Below the pieces are notes generated by a model. The model did not search any database. It was not told the origin of the DNA and worked only from the letters and a program-made list of their open reading frames with translations. 64,000 nucleotides of DNA from Leptospira sp. (GTDB taxonomy: Bacteria; Spirochaetota; Leptospiria; Leptospirales; Leptospiraceae): NCBI GenBank assembly GCA_034439575.1, contig JAWXAQ010000033.1, positions 224,001 to 288,000 on the forward strand, given 5' to 3'. The position numbers and the translations under genes are program-made. Positions 11,462 through 21,406 of the stretch are shown here, in pieces (position 1 is the stretch's first letter; every line of letters starts with the position of its first letter).

Positions 11462-11950
11462 ATGGCAAATAGGAAAATTGAATACTCGATTCATGCACTA
11501 TGGAAATTTTTAAAGGATTCTTTTGGAATGGAAGAGGCCTTTCGAATGTTTGGACCGTATCGCGGTGCAAATGTAATTCCAAAGGAAATTGATAAAAATA
11601 CCTTTGAAGTAGAAATGCCCCTTGTGCTTGGCAATACCAATTACGTGGGAACTCATTTCGGTGGTTCATTATATTCTATGTGTGATCCTTTTTACATGTT
11701 CATCTTAATGAAAAATTTAGGTGAGGACTATATTATTTGGGACAAAAGTGCAAACATTCAATTTTTGAAACCTGGACGAGGAACTGTTAAAGTTCGTTTT
11801 CATATTCCAGACGATGAAATCGAAGAAATAAGAACTTACGTTGCGATTCACCGTAAAACAACGAGAAATTATCTTGCAGAAGTATATGATTTCGATGGCA
11901 CCCTTGTTGCCAAAGTAGAAAAGGAATTGTATATACGAAAAGTAAGTTGA
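11462..11950 (+). CDS. Hotdog-fold thioesterase-like protein (DUF4442/YiiD-like)
   Basis: NYVGTHFGGSLYSMCDPFYM and WDKSANIQFLKPG motifs. Confidence 0.85.
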   Translation: MANRKIEYSIHALWKFLKDSFGMEEAFRMFGPYRGANVIPKEIDKNTFEVEMPLVLGNTNYVGTHFGGSLYSMCDPFYMFILMKNLGEDYIIWDKSANIQFLKPGRGTVKVRFHIPDDEIEEIRTYVAIHRKTTRNYLAEVYDFDGTLVAKVEKELYIRKVS

Positions 11951-11982
11951 TTATGATAAAATTTTAGTGGGGATAAAATTAA

Positions 11983-12801
11983 TTAGAATCTTCGTAAAAC
12001 AGGCGTTCCGTAGGGATACTCCTCTAATAGATGTTCAATGAAACCTAGGTATGTAAACCATCCATTTTTGCCGCGAGAATTAGGAGCCTTTTCTATATGC
12101 ATTTCCTGAGCTGGCATAAAACTAAAACCGATTAAATACAAATCAGGTTCATTGCTTTTTTTGGCATGGTCAAGTATGATTGATACATGACCTATCCCGC
12201 CAGTTTCATTTTGAACAAATAGATCACCAGGTCTTAGTTGTGTTTTATTTATAGACCCGGCACCTTTTTTTAAAGAATACGAATTGGAAGATGCAAAAGA
12301 TTTGCGTAAATATTTTTGGTAAGTAAGTTTTGAATTTTTAAAATAAAATTTATCGCCTGAATACTTAAACAAATACAGATCATTTAGTTTATTTGAATCT
12401 TTATGAAAATCTGCCCATAAACGCATTGTGAAATCAGCACATTGTTCTAAATCATCAGAAAATAGTAATTCTTTGTCAATTGTGCCAAGGCTATTGTATC
12501 TTGAACTCAAATTTACTTTGTTATGTGAAAGAATAGAATGGTTTGATTTTAGGGGTAATTTTTGAAGGTACTGAGAAAAACTTCCGTTCTCATATTTGAC
12601 TCTCAAATATCCATTCGGTAAATCTAATTCATTGATTTCTTTTGCATTCAAAGAATTAGAAATTGAAATAATAAGTAAGAGTATTGGTATATAAAAATAT
12701 TCTATTATTTTGATACTGCAAATAGTGGAAGTTTTCTGAATCGATATAGTAAACGTATTGGCAAAAAAAATGAATTCAAATTCGAAAAATTGCCGAATCA
12801 T
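11983..12801 (-). CDS. DUF4846-like exported protein (true start probably downstream of 12801)
   Basis: YLQKLPLK, LEQCADFTMRLWA, PGDLFV..GH, GFMPAQEMH-like motifs; hydrophobic stretch near N-terminus. Confidence 0.7.
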   Translation of the reverse strand: MIRQFFEFEFIFFANTFTISIQKTSTICSIKIIEYFYIPILLLIISISNSLNAKEINELDLPNGYLRVKYENGSFSQYLQKLPLKSNHSILSHNKVNLSSRYNSLGTIDKELLFSDDLEQCADFTMRLWADFHKDSNKLNDLYLFKYSGDKFYFKNSKLTYQKYLRKSFASSNSYSLKKGAGSINKTQLRPGDLFVQNETGGIGHVSIILDHAKKSNEPDLYLIGFSFMPAQEMHIEKAPNSRGKNGWFTYLGFIEHLLEEYPYGTPVLRRF

Positions 12802-13432
12802 CTTCTTCTTCCTTCAAATCATAATATCCGTAGACAAAGGAAGTGCTTGCTTTTACTTCGAGCCCATAAAAATACTCTGAAATTCTTCCAGACTTCGTTA
12901 CTTGTAATTTATATTCCTCTGCAAGAAAGATCATTTTATCCAAAGATATCTTTTCATTGATCCTTGGACCGAAACCAGATTCAGTTTTTGCCCAATCAAC
13001 AATAAATAGGCGACCTCCTGGTTTCATAGACCTTATCAATCCATCCATGGCAAGACCTGGGTTCGGGAATGTAGAAAGTGAGAGTGAGGCAAAAATTATT
13101 TCAGGGACTGGAATCCATTCGGGTAATAGGGGATGGTCAGATTGATCAATATAAAAAGGTGTTAGGTTGTCTAAACCTTCTAAAAGTTTACGGCGTAAGA
13201 TCATATCGATGATATCTTGTTGGCATTCGCCGGCCCAAATCCAGACATTCGGAAACCATTTACGAAACTCTGTAAAATAAAATCCAAGACCTGAGCCGAA
13301 ATCTACGATATTGGTCAACCCTTTCCAATTGAAGAATTTATACACTTCTTCCGGGTCACAGACTTCCTTTCTATGACTAGATATTAGATATTCTTGGTAT
13401 TTGAGGGAACGGTAGTATTCCGTTTCTGACAT
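12776..13432 (-). CDS. Class I SAM-dependent methyltransferase
   Basis: VDFGSGLG motif I and MKPGGRLFIVDW; ATG 13432 preferred over the 13468 ORF start. Confidence 0.85.
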   Translation of the reverse strand: MSETEYYRSLKYQEYLISSHRKEVCDPEEVYKFFNWKGLTNIVDFGSGLGFYFTEFRKWFPNVWIWAGECQQDIIDMILRRKLLEGLDNLTPFYIDQSDHPLLPEWIPVPEIIFASLSLSTFPNPGLAMDGLIRSMKPGGRLFIVDWAKTESGFGPRINEKISLDKMIFLAEEYKLQVTKSGRISEYFYGLEVKASTSFVYGYYDLKEEEDDSAIFRI

Positions 13433-13512
13433 AATTACAAAATTAGGAAATTGCTTAAGGAAGTACAATAGAAAAATTCAATTCAGGGAGTCTCGTTACC
13501 GAAAATGAATGT

Positions 13513-15195
13513 ATGGTACTCTCATGGAAAAGATGGATTTCATTTGGTTCAATGTTTCTTTTTTTACAAACATTGTCAGCAGATACCAATTTTGACGAAG
13601 GAAAATACCCTTCGATTCCTAAATCGATTCGTTCAACTGTACTAACTGATAAAAAATCAGCGATTGTTTCTTGGGAACCACCAAAAGAAGAAGGTGAAAT
13701 CATAATCGCTCGCTCAAATTCTGTGATAGATACACCAGAAAAATTATACATAGCTGACTCACTCGGAAGATACAAGTCAGGTGGTCCAAATGGTGCAAAA
13801 TCATATTATGACTATAATTTAAAACCTGGAACTTATTATTATGCTGTCGCTTTAGTATCTGACGTTCGCAAAAGAGAAGTTAAATTATTCTCAAGTCAAA
13901 ATTATACCGTGATACCAGTGACTATCGAAGATACAGATGGATCACCAGCTGTGGCTGTGAATCCCATATTCGAAGATGGATTCTCAAAGCCAGCTGGATC
14001 AGTTTCAAATATTCATATATCTTTGGAGAGAAATAACATTCGCCTAGATTGGACAGCTCCCGCGCAGGCAACTGCTGGTAGAACAATTTATACGATATAT
14101 AGATCTACGAGTCCACTCACAACATTGCCATTAATGCAAAAAGCCGACAAACTAGCAGAAGTTGGACATCCCACAATAAGTTTTTTGGATCAAAGTTTAG
14201 AAAAATCACAAACATTGTATTATGGTGTTTCTGTCAAAGAAGGAAAAGGTGAGGAGTCTCTCCCATTAGTAGATAAACAATCAACACTTAGAATTTTTTA
14301 TGTAAAAAAAACAAATACGAATTCGGCGGAAGTGATCGCTGATGATTCAGGTTCTGGTGATAAAACAAACAAACCTGCCGTAGTTGTGCCTGCCGATCCG
14401 CCTGGAACTCTTCATGTAAGAGGAGTAGGTTATGAAAGAGTAGGGAAGGGTGTCGTAATGAGCTGGTTATCACCAGACGGGGCAGATGAATCCGTTGTCT
14501 ATTCTGTTTATGCATCAACTAAACCATTAAACCAAGGAACAGGTTCATTTGGGTCAGCTAATGCAGTTAAGGTTGCGTCTATAAATCACCCAAAGACAAA
14601 TTTTTATATCAAAGAATTGAAACCCATGGATGAATTGTATTTTGGTATCACTGCAAAATCGAATGCTATATCTGAAGATTATAATTTAAAAGAAAATGTT
14701 TCCTATTTTCGTTTTCATTTTGATAAGGATTTAGAAGCTCCCAAAGAATCTGAATTGGTTAAGGAAGATACAACACCTACAAATAATACTCAGAAAATTG
14801 AAGAACCAAAATTAAATAACCAACATTCGGTGGTTCCAGCTGAGATTCGCATTTCTGAAGAAGATGGCCTGAAAGATACAGACTCTGGAGAAATCCCTTC
14901 CACAGTTAGTTATGAACTTTCAGAGACACTTTTGAATAAAATTATCAAAGAAACAATTCTACGAAAAAAATTTGAATTAGCTGCGGATAGACTTGAGCAA
15001 TTTATTTCCAATGAAAAAAATACGTATTTAATCGGGAAAGCATATTTATATTTAGGTGTCAGTTATATGAAATTAGGTGAATCAAAAAAGGCTCTGAGAT
15101 ATTTTTTGAAACGGGAAACTAAAGCGTATTCACCTGAGCGAACAGAGTTTTGGACCAACCAAACATTAGAAAAGATAGGTAGAGGTAAAGTATGA
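13513..15195 (+). CDS. Exported protein with fibronectin-III-like repeats and C-terminal TPR
   Basis: Signal peptide; three SW/DW-x-x-P beta modules followed by YYxV/YYGV/YFGI; C-terminal AYLYLGVSYMKLG TPR. Confidence 0.7.
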   Translation: MVLSWKRWISFGSMFLFLQTLSADTNFDEGKYPSIPKSIRSTVLTDKKSAIVSWEPPKEEGEIIIARSNSVIDTPEKLYIADSLGRYKSGGPNGAKSYYDYNLKPGTYYYAVALVSDVRKREVKLFSSQNYTVIPVTIEDTDGSPAVAVNPIFEDGFSKPAGSVSNIHISLERNNIRLDWTAPAQATAGRTIYTIYRSTSPLTTLPLMQKADKLAEVGHPTISFLDQSLEKSQTLYYGVSVKEGKGEESLPLVDKQSTLRIFYVKKTNTNSAEVIADDSGSGDKTNKPAVVVPADPPGTLHVRGVGYERVGKGVVMSWLSPDGADESVVYSVYASTKPLNQGTGSFGSANAVKVASINHPKTNFYIKELKPMDELYFGITAKSNAISEDYNLKENVSYFRFHFDKDLEAPKESELVKEDTTPTNNTQKIEEPKLNNQHSVVPAEIRISEEDGLKDTDSGEIPSTVSYELSETLLNKIIKETILRKKFELAADRLEQFISNEKNTYLIGKAYLYLGVSYMKLGESKKALRYFLKRETKAYSPERTEFWTNQTLEKIGRGKV

Positions 15196-16391
15196 ATCGA
15201 TCTATAGTAGCACTTGCAGGATTTTTATTTATTTGTGCAGGTTTAATCACTGCCTTCTATCAAACTTCCATTGAATCCAAACAAGATCAATCACAGAGTA
15301 TTTTAGAGAAAATTCAAGAAGGTGAAGAGTATCTAAAACAAACAAGTCCTGTTAGTAAAGAAAAAGCCGTCTCCATATTTTCAGAGTTAGCTGGAAAACA
15401 AAATTCTAGTTTATTTGAGTTTAGAATTAAATATAACCAAGCGCGCGCTTTAGAGAAAAATGGCGATCATTATCTCGCACTTGATATTTACAAAAACCTT
15501 CGCACAAAAACAGATCTTTCCCCATCAGAAAAGGATCAATTATCTTATTCTCTTGGAAATTTGTTATTAAAACTAGACCAAGAGTCTGAAGGTAAAGGCC
15601 ATCTTGAGTCAGTACTTAGAACTTCATCCGACCAAAAACTTAGATCCAAGGTTTTACAATCATTAGGTGACTTTTTATATAATCACAAACAATTCGAACC
15701 TGCACGTAAGAATTATGTTTTGGCATTGCAAGAAGATAGTAATAATACGGAAGCTAGAATCGGTTGGGGAAGAAGTCTGCGTAAACAAGGAAAAGATTGG
15801 GCATCATTTGATGTTTTTGATGAATACATAGATACAGAAAATCAATTATCTGGTGCTAATCAAAAAGTAGTCGAAGAATACAAAGATTCCGTTTATGCAC
15901 AAGCAAAACAATTGTATTCAAAAAAGACGTATTGGAAATCAATTGAACTTTTCCAAAAAGCATTAACATTGAGTCCTACTTCTGACATAGAAGAAAATTC
16001 TTACTATTATATTGGTTCCGCCTATGATGCCTTAGGTCGTATGTCTCAGTCTTTAGAATATTTGAATAAAACTCTGAATAATTCTAACTACACTTTAGAC
16101 CAAGCAGCCTTATATAAAAAAGGAACAATTTACTTTCGCCAAGGTAAATTTACTGAAGCCGCTGGCATTTTCCAAAATATAATCGATAAATATCCAAAAA
16201 ATCATATTACAGAAAAGGCGATTGCTTGGAAAAAAGAATCTTTAGATCAGTTTAAAGATGAAGATGACTTGGGCAAATCCGCGACAAATGTAGTAGATGA
16301 AGATTTGGACACAAAACAACGCAGAGGTTCTGTATCTCCATTAATGGAAAAACCGCAAGGAACTGATGCATTAAATGATCTAGATTTTTGA
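15192..16391 (+). CDS. Membrane-anchored TPR protein
   Basis: N-terminal TM helix and multiple TPR motifs; ATGA overlap with upstream gene. Confidence 0.8.
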   Translation: MNRSIVALAGFLFICAGLITAFYQTSIESKQDQSQSILEKIQEGEEYLKQTSPVSKEKAVSIFSELAGKQNSSLFEFRIKYNQARALEKNGDHYLALDIYKNLRTKTDLSPSEKDQLSYSLGNLLLKLDQESEGKGHLESVLRTSSDQKLRSKVLQSLGDFLYNHKQFEPARKNYVLALQEDSNNTEARIGWGRSLRKQGKDWASFDVFDEYIDTENQLSGANQKVVEEYKDSVYAQAKQLYSKKTYWKSIELFQKALTLSPTSDIEENSYYYIGSAYDALGRMSQSLEYLNKTLNNSNYTLDQAALYKKGTIYFRQGKFTEAAGIFQNIIDKYPKNHITEKAIAWKKESLDQFKDEDDLGKSATNVVDEDLDTKQRRGSVSPLMEKPQGTDALNDLDF

Positions 16392-17354
16392 TACTAAAAA
16401 TTCGTTATCTGTTAGCTGTTCGATAGCTTCCTGTAAACCGAAAGTTTTATATAACTCGGGCACTATGTCTTTTAAGGAATGTATGTTTTCTGCATAGATA
16501 TTTGCATTTTTTCCATATAAAAATGTTGGAACCAAATTTTCTGTATGATTTTTCTGACTTAGATCCTCCAAATTTCCATGATCACTTGTAACGATAAGTG
16601 TGTCTTTTGTTGGATCCATGGTTTTTAAAATTCCAAAAAAGAATTTTTCAAGATTATCGATCACTATTTTTGCTTTATCCCAATCTTGGGCATGACCTAC
16701 TTTATCAGTCAGAAAGTACTCATAAATGCATAATTTATAGTTGCCAAACATAGTAAATACGTTTGAACCTAAAGTTTCTGGATTTCTTGGTTCTAAAATG
16801 GGATCATCTGCTGGTAAATACTCACTTGCGATTTGTTTTAAAATATCATGAGTCAAATCCATATAAAGTCCCCGACCATTGCGAAGGTCTTCCATGTTTT
16901 TTAAAGGACGATTGCTTGCTAATTGGACGAGAGTTGATGCAGAAACTAACTTTGGTTTTTCTTCCACATGTTTTAAGTAAGGCGAAGTGAAACAGTTTAA
17001 AAAGTCAGCTTTAATCTGATTTTCAGCGAGGATTTTCAAAATCGAATATTTTGAGATAATTTTACGGAGAGTAATCGTGGGAAACCCACTCACATGCCGA
17101 CCGAGTAGGGCCGCTCCATTGATGCCCGTCCAAATCGCAGTTTGGCCAGTCGCTGATTGAGGAAGGCCAGGCACGCCTAAGTGTGCATCCGTTGGAATCA
17201 CATGAAGTTTTTCACTTAAAACGGGTAAATTAGCATCTTTTAGAGGTTTTCCACCTAAAGGAGAAAAAATGCCGTTGGCATACCGAGTGAATGGATTTGT
17301 ATCGTGATTGTATTTTCCAAGTCCGATCCCATCTAAAAAAATATAAAATATCAT
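16380..17354 (-). CDS. Alkaline-phosphatase-superfamily metalloenzyme (phosphoglycerate/phosphopentomutase-like)
   Basis: FLDGIGLG, PQSATGQT, DKVGH, TSDHGN, HT metal-ligand motifs. Confidence 0.85.
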   Translation of the reverse strand: MIFYIFLDGIGLGKYNHDTNPFTRYANGIFSPLGGKPLKDANLPVLSEKLHVIPTDAHLGVPGLPQSATGQTAIWTGINGAALLGRHVSGFPTITLRKIISKYSILKILAENQIKADFLNCFTSPYLKHVEEKPKLVSASTLVQLASNRPLKNMEDLRNGRGLYMDLTHDILKQIASEYLPADDPILEPRNPETLGSNVFTMFGNYKLCIYEYFLTDKVGHAQDWDKAKIVIDNLEKFFFGILKTMDPTKDTLIVTSDHGNLEDLSQKNHTENLVPTFLYGKNANIYAENIHSLKDIVPELYKTFGLQEAIEQLTDNEFLVSKI

Positions 17355-17405
17355 TCCTCACCTTTCACTGTGAAATTTGGGCTTTGAACGCCGATAATAA
17401 TAGAG

Positions 17406-20240
17406 ATGAAATGGAAAATAAATTCAGTCGGACTTTTCGTTATTTTCCTATTTTGTACTTTCCTCATAGGTTCTTTGGTAATTGGTTTTGAAACTCTAGT
17501 CAATGGAAAGTTTAAAAAAGATCAATTTTTGGAAGCGATTCATAAACAGTTTTTAGATGATAGGATCCAATTTTACTCGCAACTCGAATTCACTTTGAGA
17601 TCGGAGGAGCTACCATATTATGGAAGTAATGTGGGGAATTCAATAAAAAACAAATTGAAGTTAAATTCAATTAAAATTTACGATAAAACGTTTAGACTTT
17701 TATATTCAAGTGAGCCTACAAAAGAAGTCTTTCAATCCGAATTGAGACATGATGAATCCATCATAAGTCCTGGAGAGGGTCGAAAATTAATCACAGGCGA
17801 TAACGCCTATCGTTCTATAGATGGAAATTTCTATTTTGTTTTTCCTTTTCCTTATACTCCAAGACCACTTCTTATTAATCCAAATTTAGAATACGGTTTT
17901 AACTATTGGCTATTTGATAAAGATACTGGATCAATTTATTTTACAAATGATATCCACCTATTAACTGGCGACAAGGAACCAAAGGAATTATTGGATTTAT
18001 TTAAAGACAAAAATAATCAAGAAATTTCTTGGAAAATAGATGGAGAAAATGGCATACTGCATCGTATCGATACTAAAGAATATTCTGTTTATCTGATAGA
18101 ATACAGTAATTTTTTCTCAAAACAAAATATATCAAAATTTATTCTCATATCCTTCCTCACCTTTGTGGTTTTTTGTTTTTTTAAATTAATTTTTGAAATT
18201 AGAAAAAAGAACGGAATCTCGATATCACATTCAAATCGGATTGGAGTTATTTGTTTTTTGATGTTATTGGTTTTTTATACTGGAGTTACAAGTTTATTAC
18301 CTGATTTTAGATACTATAAAGATTGGACTAAAATGCGATGGAGCCAATCAGAATTCCTCCTAGAAAAATTAGAAAAAAATATATTAGATCAAATTTCATC
18401 CAGTGATACTCAGGAAGAAATATATAATAAAAATTTTGATCCCATCGTTAAAGAAATTTATTTTTGGAAAAATTCAGACTCAACTTCTCTTTTAATCAAT
18501 CGGTTTTCCATAGAGATACATTCTTTCTTAGTTAAAATAAATGAACTTGAAACGTCTCAACTCTTGGAATCAAATTCGGAATATATTTTTATCATACCTA
18601 TTCGAAATGCGGGAGAAAAAAAATCTTATGTGATTTTGGTTCTAGACCCGCAATTGTTTGCTGCAAAAAAATCAAAAGACAAAGACGAGTTTTATTTCAT
18701 CAATTCAAGATATCGACTATCGGACGATAGGTCAAAAGAAAGATTTCAGATCCATCCTAAACATTGGGAAAAAACTATTTTAAATGCAGCATCACATTTG
18801 TATTCAGGGATCACAAATTTTTCTCTGTTAGGAGTGCCGTTTCAAACATATTTTTATTCGAGTGAAATAAAGAATGCAGCGATTACAAATGGCCTGTTTG
18901 TATTTAAAGCAGATAACACATCACCTATTCTCGTTTATATTTCATTTTTTACGTTTATTCCTTTTTTGTTTCTCAATTTTTATTCCAAATTCTTATCAAA
19001 TCGCAAAAGGCAAATGATATCAGAAATCACTGTTTTGGAAAATATTGCACCGAGCCTTACCTCAAATGAAGTATCCATTGATACCGTAAAAGATGATGAA
19101 AAAATTGTAACTAGCTTCTTTGAGGAAAATCCACCGCCTGAAGAAGCGATTGCAGAAACTCCAATACCTATTGAAATTGGTGAAGTCCTTGTGAAAAAAA
19201 ATATTCATCAATATTTGCCTCCTAGTCTTTGGAAGTCTGCCCTATCCCCAATCCCAAAAGAGATACAGCAGAAGAGGGATTCTATTTTTAATTTGGAATT
19301 AAAATCTCTAGTAAACCAAGTAACAACGTCTGATGTTAGTATTGGCCGTCGGCAATCTGATCTAAAAAAAGAATCACCTGTTTGGAATATACCAGAAGAA
19401 AAGAAATTTGAATATTCTATGTTGGACCGCGTATACCGAGGTGATGAAGTTTCGCTTGATGGCATAGTTGAATATACAAAAAATTTCATCCAACGATTAG
19501 GTTCTCCCAGATTTTCATTTTTATTTTTAAATGATACGATAGGTTCTTATCATAGCCAGATCTCTTTTGGTTTGGATTATAATACAAGATCAAATCTTAT
19601 TTTTTTATACAATGATCCTTTTTTACAATTCAATGAGAATGGATTTGCCTCAGTTGATATAACTGAAAAAGTAAAACTAGATAAGTTTATCTCTAAAAAA
19701 TTCTCTTGGGAAATTTTGGCTCAAATTGAAACGATACTCGCTTTTAATTTAGAAAAATTTGGCTTTCCTGGTTTGTTTCTGATTCTACTCGATAAACAAG
19801 AAAAAGAAAAATTTGTCGAATCTCATAAAAGAATGATTGGTGAAAAACTAAAACATATAGTTCCCGCCTTGCACGTATTAATGGAAAAGGAAGATAAAAC
19901 TCCTGATCTTTTCGAAGACAGTCTTTCTTGGATGGTGCGTTCATTTTTACAGGCAACATTGGGCGGAAAAAGAAATGCATATGTAACGCATATTTTATGG
20001 GAAAATTATCATCCAACAGATGCGAATGAAGAAAAAAAAGCAGAGATGTTACATCAAGTCACAAAAATTGTAGAAAGTAAAGATCGTGTGATTGAAAATT
20101 CTCCGAATGCTTTTTTACTGATCAGTGAAAAAGATCTTAAAGAACCTCTAGAAAAATTACTTAAACTTTATCCTTTCCCGTATGACGCAAAGTATATGAA
20201 GTACCCAGATGATGGCGAAAATTATTATTTATATCTCTAA
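17406..20240 (+). CDS. Large multi-TM hypothetical protein, possible sensor
   Basis: 944-aa ORF with about 4 TM segments and a large cytoplasmic C-terminus. Confidence 0.75.
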   Translation: MKWKINSVGLFVIFLFCTFLIGSLVIGFETLVNGKFKKDQFLEAIHKQFLDDRIQFYSQLEFTLRSEELPYYGSNVGNSIKNKLKLNSIKIYDKTFRLLYSSEPTKEVFQSELRHDESIISPGEGRKLITGDNAYRSIDGNFYFVFPFPYTPRPLLINPNLEYGFNYWLFDKDTGSIYFTNDIHLLTGDKEPKELLDLFKDKNNQEISWKIDGENGILHRIDTKEYSVYLIEYSNFFSKQNISKFILISFLTFVVFCFFKLIFEIRKKNGISISHSNRIGVICFLMLLVFYTGVTSLLPDFRYYKDWTKMRWSQSEFLLEKLEKNILDQISSSDTQEEIYNKNFDPIVKEIYFWKNSDSTSLLINRFSIEIHSFLVKINELETSQLLESNSEYIFIIPIRNAGEKKSYVILVLDPQLFAAKKSKDKDEFYFINSRYRLSDDRSKERFQIHPKHWEKTILNAASHLYSGITNFSLLGVPFQTYFYSSEIKNAAITNGLFVFKADNTSPILVYISFFTFIPFLFLNFYSKFLSNRKRQMISEITVLENIAPSLTSNEVSIDTVKDDEKIVTSFFEENPPPEEAIAETPIPIEIGEVLVKKNIHQYLPPSLWKSALSPIPKEIQQKRDSIFNLELKSLVNQVTTSDVSIGRRQSDLKKESPVWNIPEEKKFEYSMLDRVYRGDEVSLDGIVEYTKNFIQRLGSPRFSFLFLNDTIGSYHSQISFGLDYNTRSNLIFLYNDPFLQFNENGFASVDITEKVKLDKFISKKFSWEILAQIETILAFNLEKFGFPGLFLILLDKQEKEKFVESHKRMIGEKLKHIVPALHVLMEKEDKTPDLFEDSLSWMVRSFLQATLGGKRNAYVTHILWENYHPTDANEEKKAEMLHQVTKIVESKDRVIENSPNAFLLISEKDLKEPLEKLLKLYPFPYDAKYMKYPDDGENYYLYL

Positions 20241-20820
20241 AATACTTTTGGCTTCACTTTGTATAACTGTTGGTATTTCTGCCACTCCTTCCAGGAAAAA
20301 AGAAATTGCCTCTGCTTTGAAAAAGCAAATTTTCGCCTATCATAGAGCAGACGAAGAGACAAATTCGATTCCCTATTTAGAAAGATATCTCGAAGTAAGT
20401 CCTTATGAGATTTATTATAAACTTTTGTATGCGAAAGCTTTGCTCTATAGATCAGATTTAGAAGTTCCAAAACATGATGAGGCGATCGAATCTCGTATGA
20501 ACAAAACGAGCGCTATACGCTCAAATTATACAAAAAGTGCTAAAATTTTTCAGACGAATGTTCTTCACTTACAACAAATTAGACCCAGAGATCCAAATTT
20601 AGGACGATGGTTTTATCTTTGGGCATTTAGTGAGTGGTTTTCGGATAACAAAGAAAAGTCTATAAAACTATTTTTGAAAGCAGTGAAACAAGATTATAGA
20701 TTAACAGAATCATATTATAATATAGCATCAGTTTATGAATCTATGGGCCAATGGAAGGATGCGGAACTATATTGGAAGAAGTATGAAAAGGCAGAAAAGG
20801 AAGTCGAAGAAGAAGAATAA
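20209..20820 (+). CDS. Exported TPR protein
   Basis: Signal peptide; SYYNIASVYESMGQWKDAELYW TPR. Confidence 0.75.
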   Translation: MMAKIIIYISKILLASLCITVGISATPSRKKEIASALKKQIFAYHRADEETNSIPYLERYLEVSPYEIYYKLLYAKALLYRSDLEVPKHDEAIESRMNKTSAIRSNYTKSAKIFQTNVLHLQQIRPRDPNLGRWFYLWAFSEWFSDNKEKSIKLFLKAVKQDYRLTESYYNIASVYESMGQWKDAELYWKKYEKAEKEVEEEE

Positions 20821-21011
20821 TGGCTAAAATCGACAAACGGTTTCAAATTTTATTTTCCGAAGAAGAGTTGCTTTTATTGAAACACGAAGCGGACAAACGA
20901 GGCATTTCTCAGGGAGAATTATTACGATCCGCCCTTAGAAATGAAATTACTCAAAAATCCGATTTTACTCGGTTACGCGCTGTTCGTTCATTAGTTGAGA
21001 TATTTGATTGA
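20820..21011 (+). CDS. Ribbon-helix-helix (CopG-like) DNA-binding protein / putative antitoxin
   Basis: 63 aa; RFQILFSEEE beta-strand then helix-GIS-helix; TAATG coupling to upstream gene. Confidence 0.7.
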   Translation: MAKIDKRFQILFSEEELLLLKHEADKRGISQGELLRSALRNEITQKSDFTRLRAVRSLVEIFD

Positions 21012-21406
21012 AATTTTATTTAACAAACAATTTTATAACTGATCTTTTGTTACATGAAGATCGAAAGTCTTTAGCAGACCAAATCGAAACTCTTTTGCAG
21101 AATGGACATAGATTTTATACATCCGTTTATACTTTGTTATGTTTATTTGCCGATGAAAAGATCAAGCATTCCAAAAAAACAAGAACAATATTGCATTTGA
21201 TTGATGAGCTTGTAGATGAGATATTACCTATCGATAAAAAGGTTTTAGAGATTTTGGATGATTCTGAAAAACTTATGGATATATTGCAATACGAGATTCA
21301 TATTGCAATACTTTCCGGAATGGATGAGTTAGTCGTCAGTGAAGTGATAGAGAAAGGATACAAAGGGCAATTACCTCTGCGTCACCTCATTCGGAAAACT
21401 AAATGA
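21008..21406 (+). CDS. Degenerate PIN-domain (VapC-like) protein
   Basis: 132 aa; MKFYLTNNFI start, YTSVYTL, EILPIDK, IHIAI pattern; TTGA overlap with the RHH gene. Confidence 0.55.
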   Translation: MKFYLTNNFITDLLLHEDRKSLADQIETLLQNGHRFYTSVYTLLCLFADEKIKHSKKTRTILHLIDELVDEILPIDKKVLEILDDSEKLMDILQYEIHIAILSGMDELVVSEVIEKGYKGQLPLRHLIRKTK

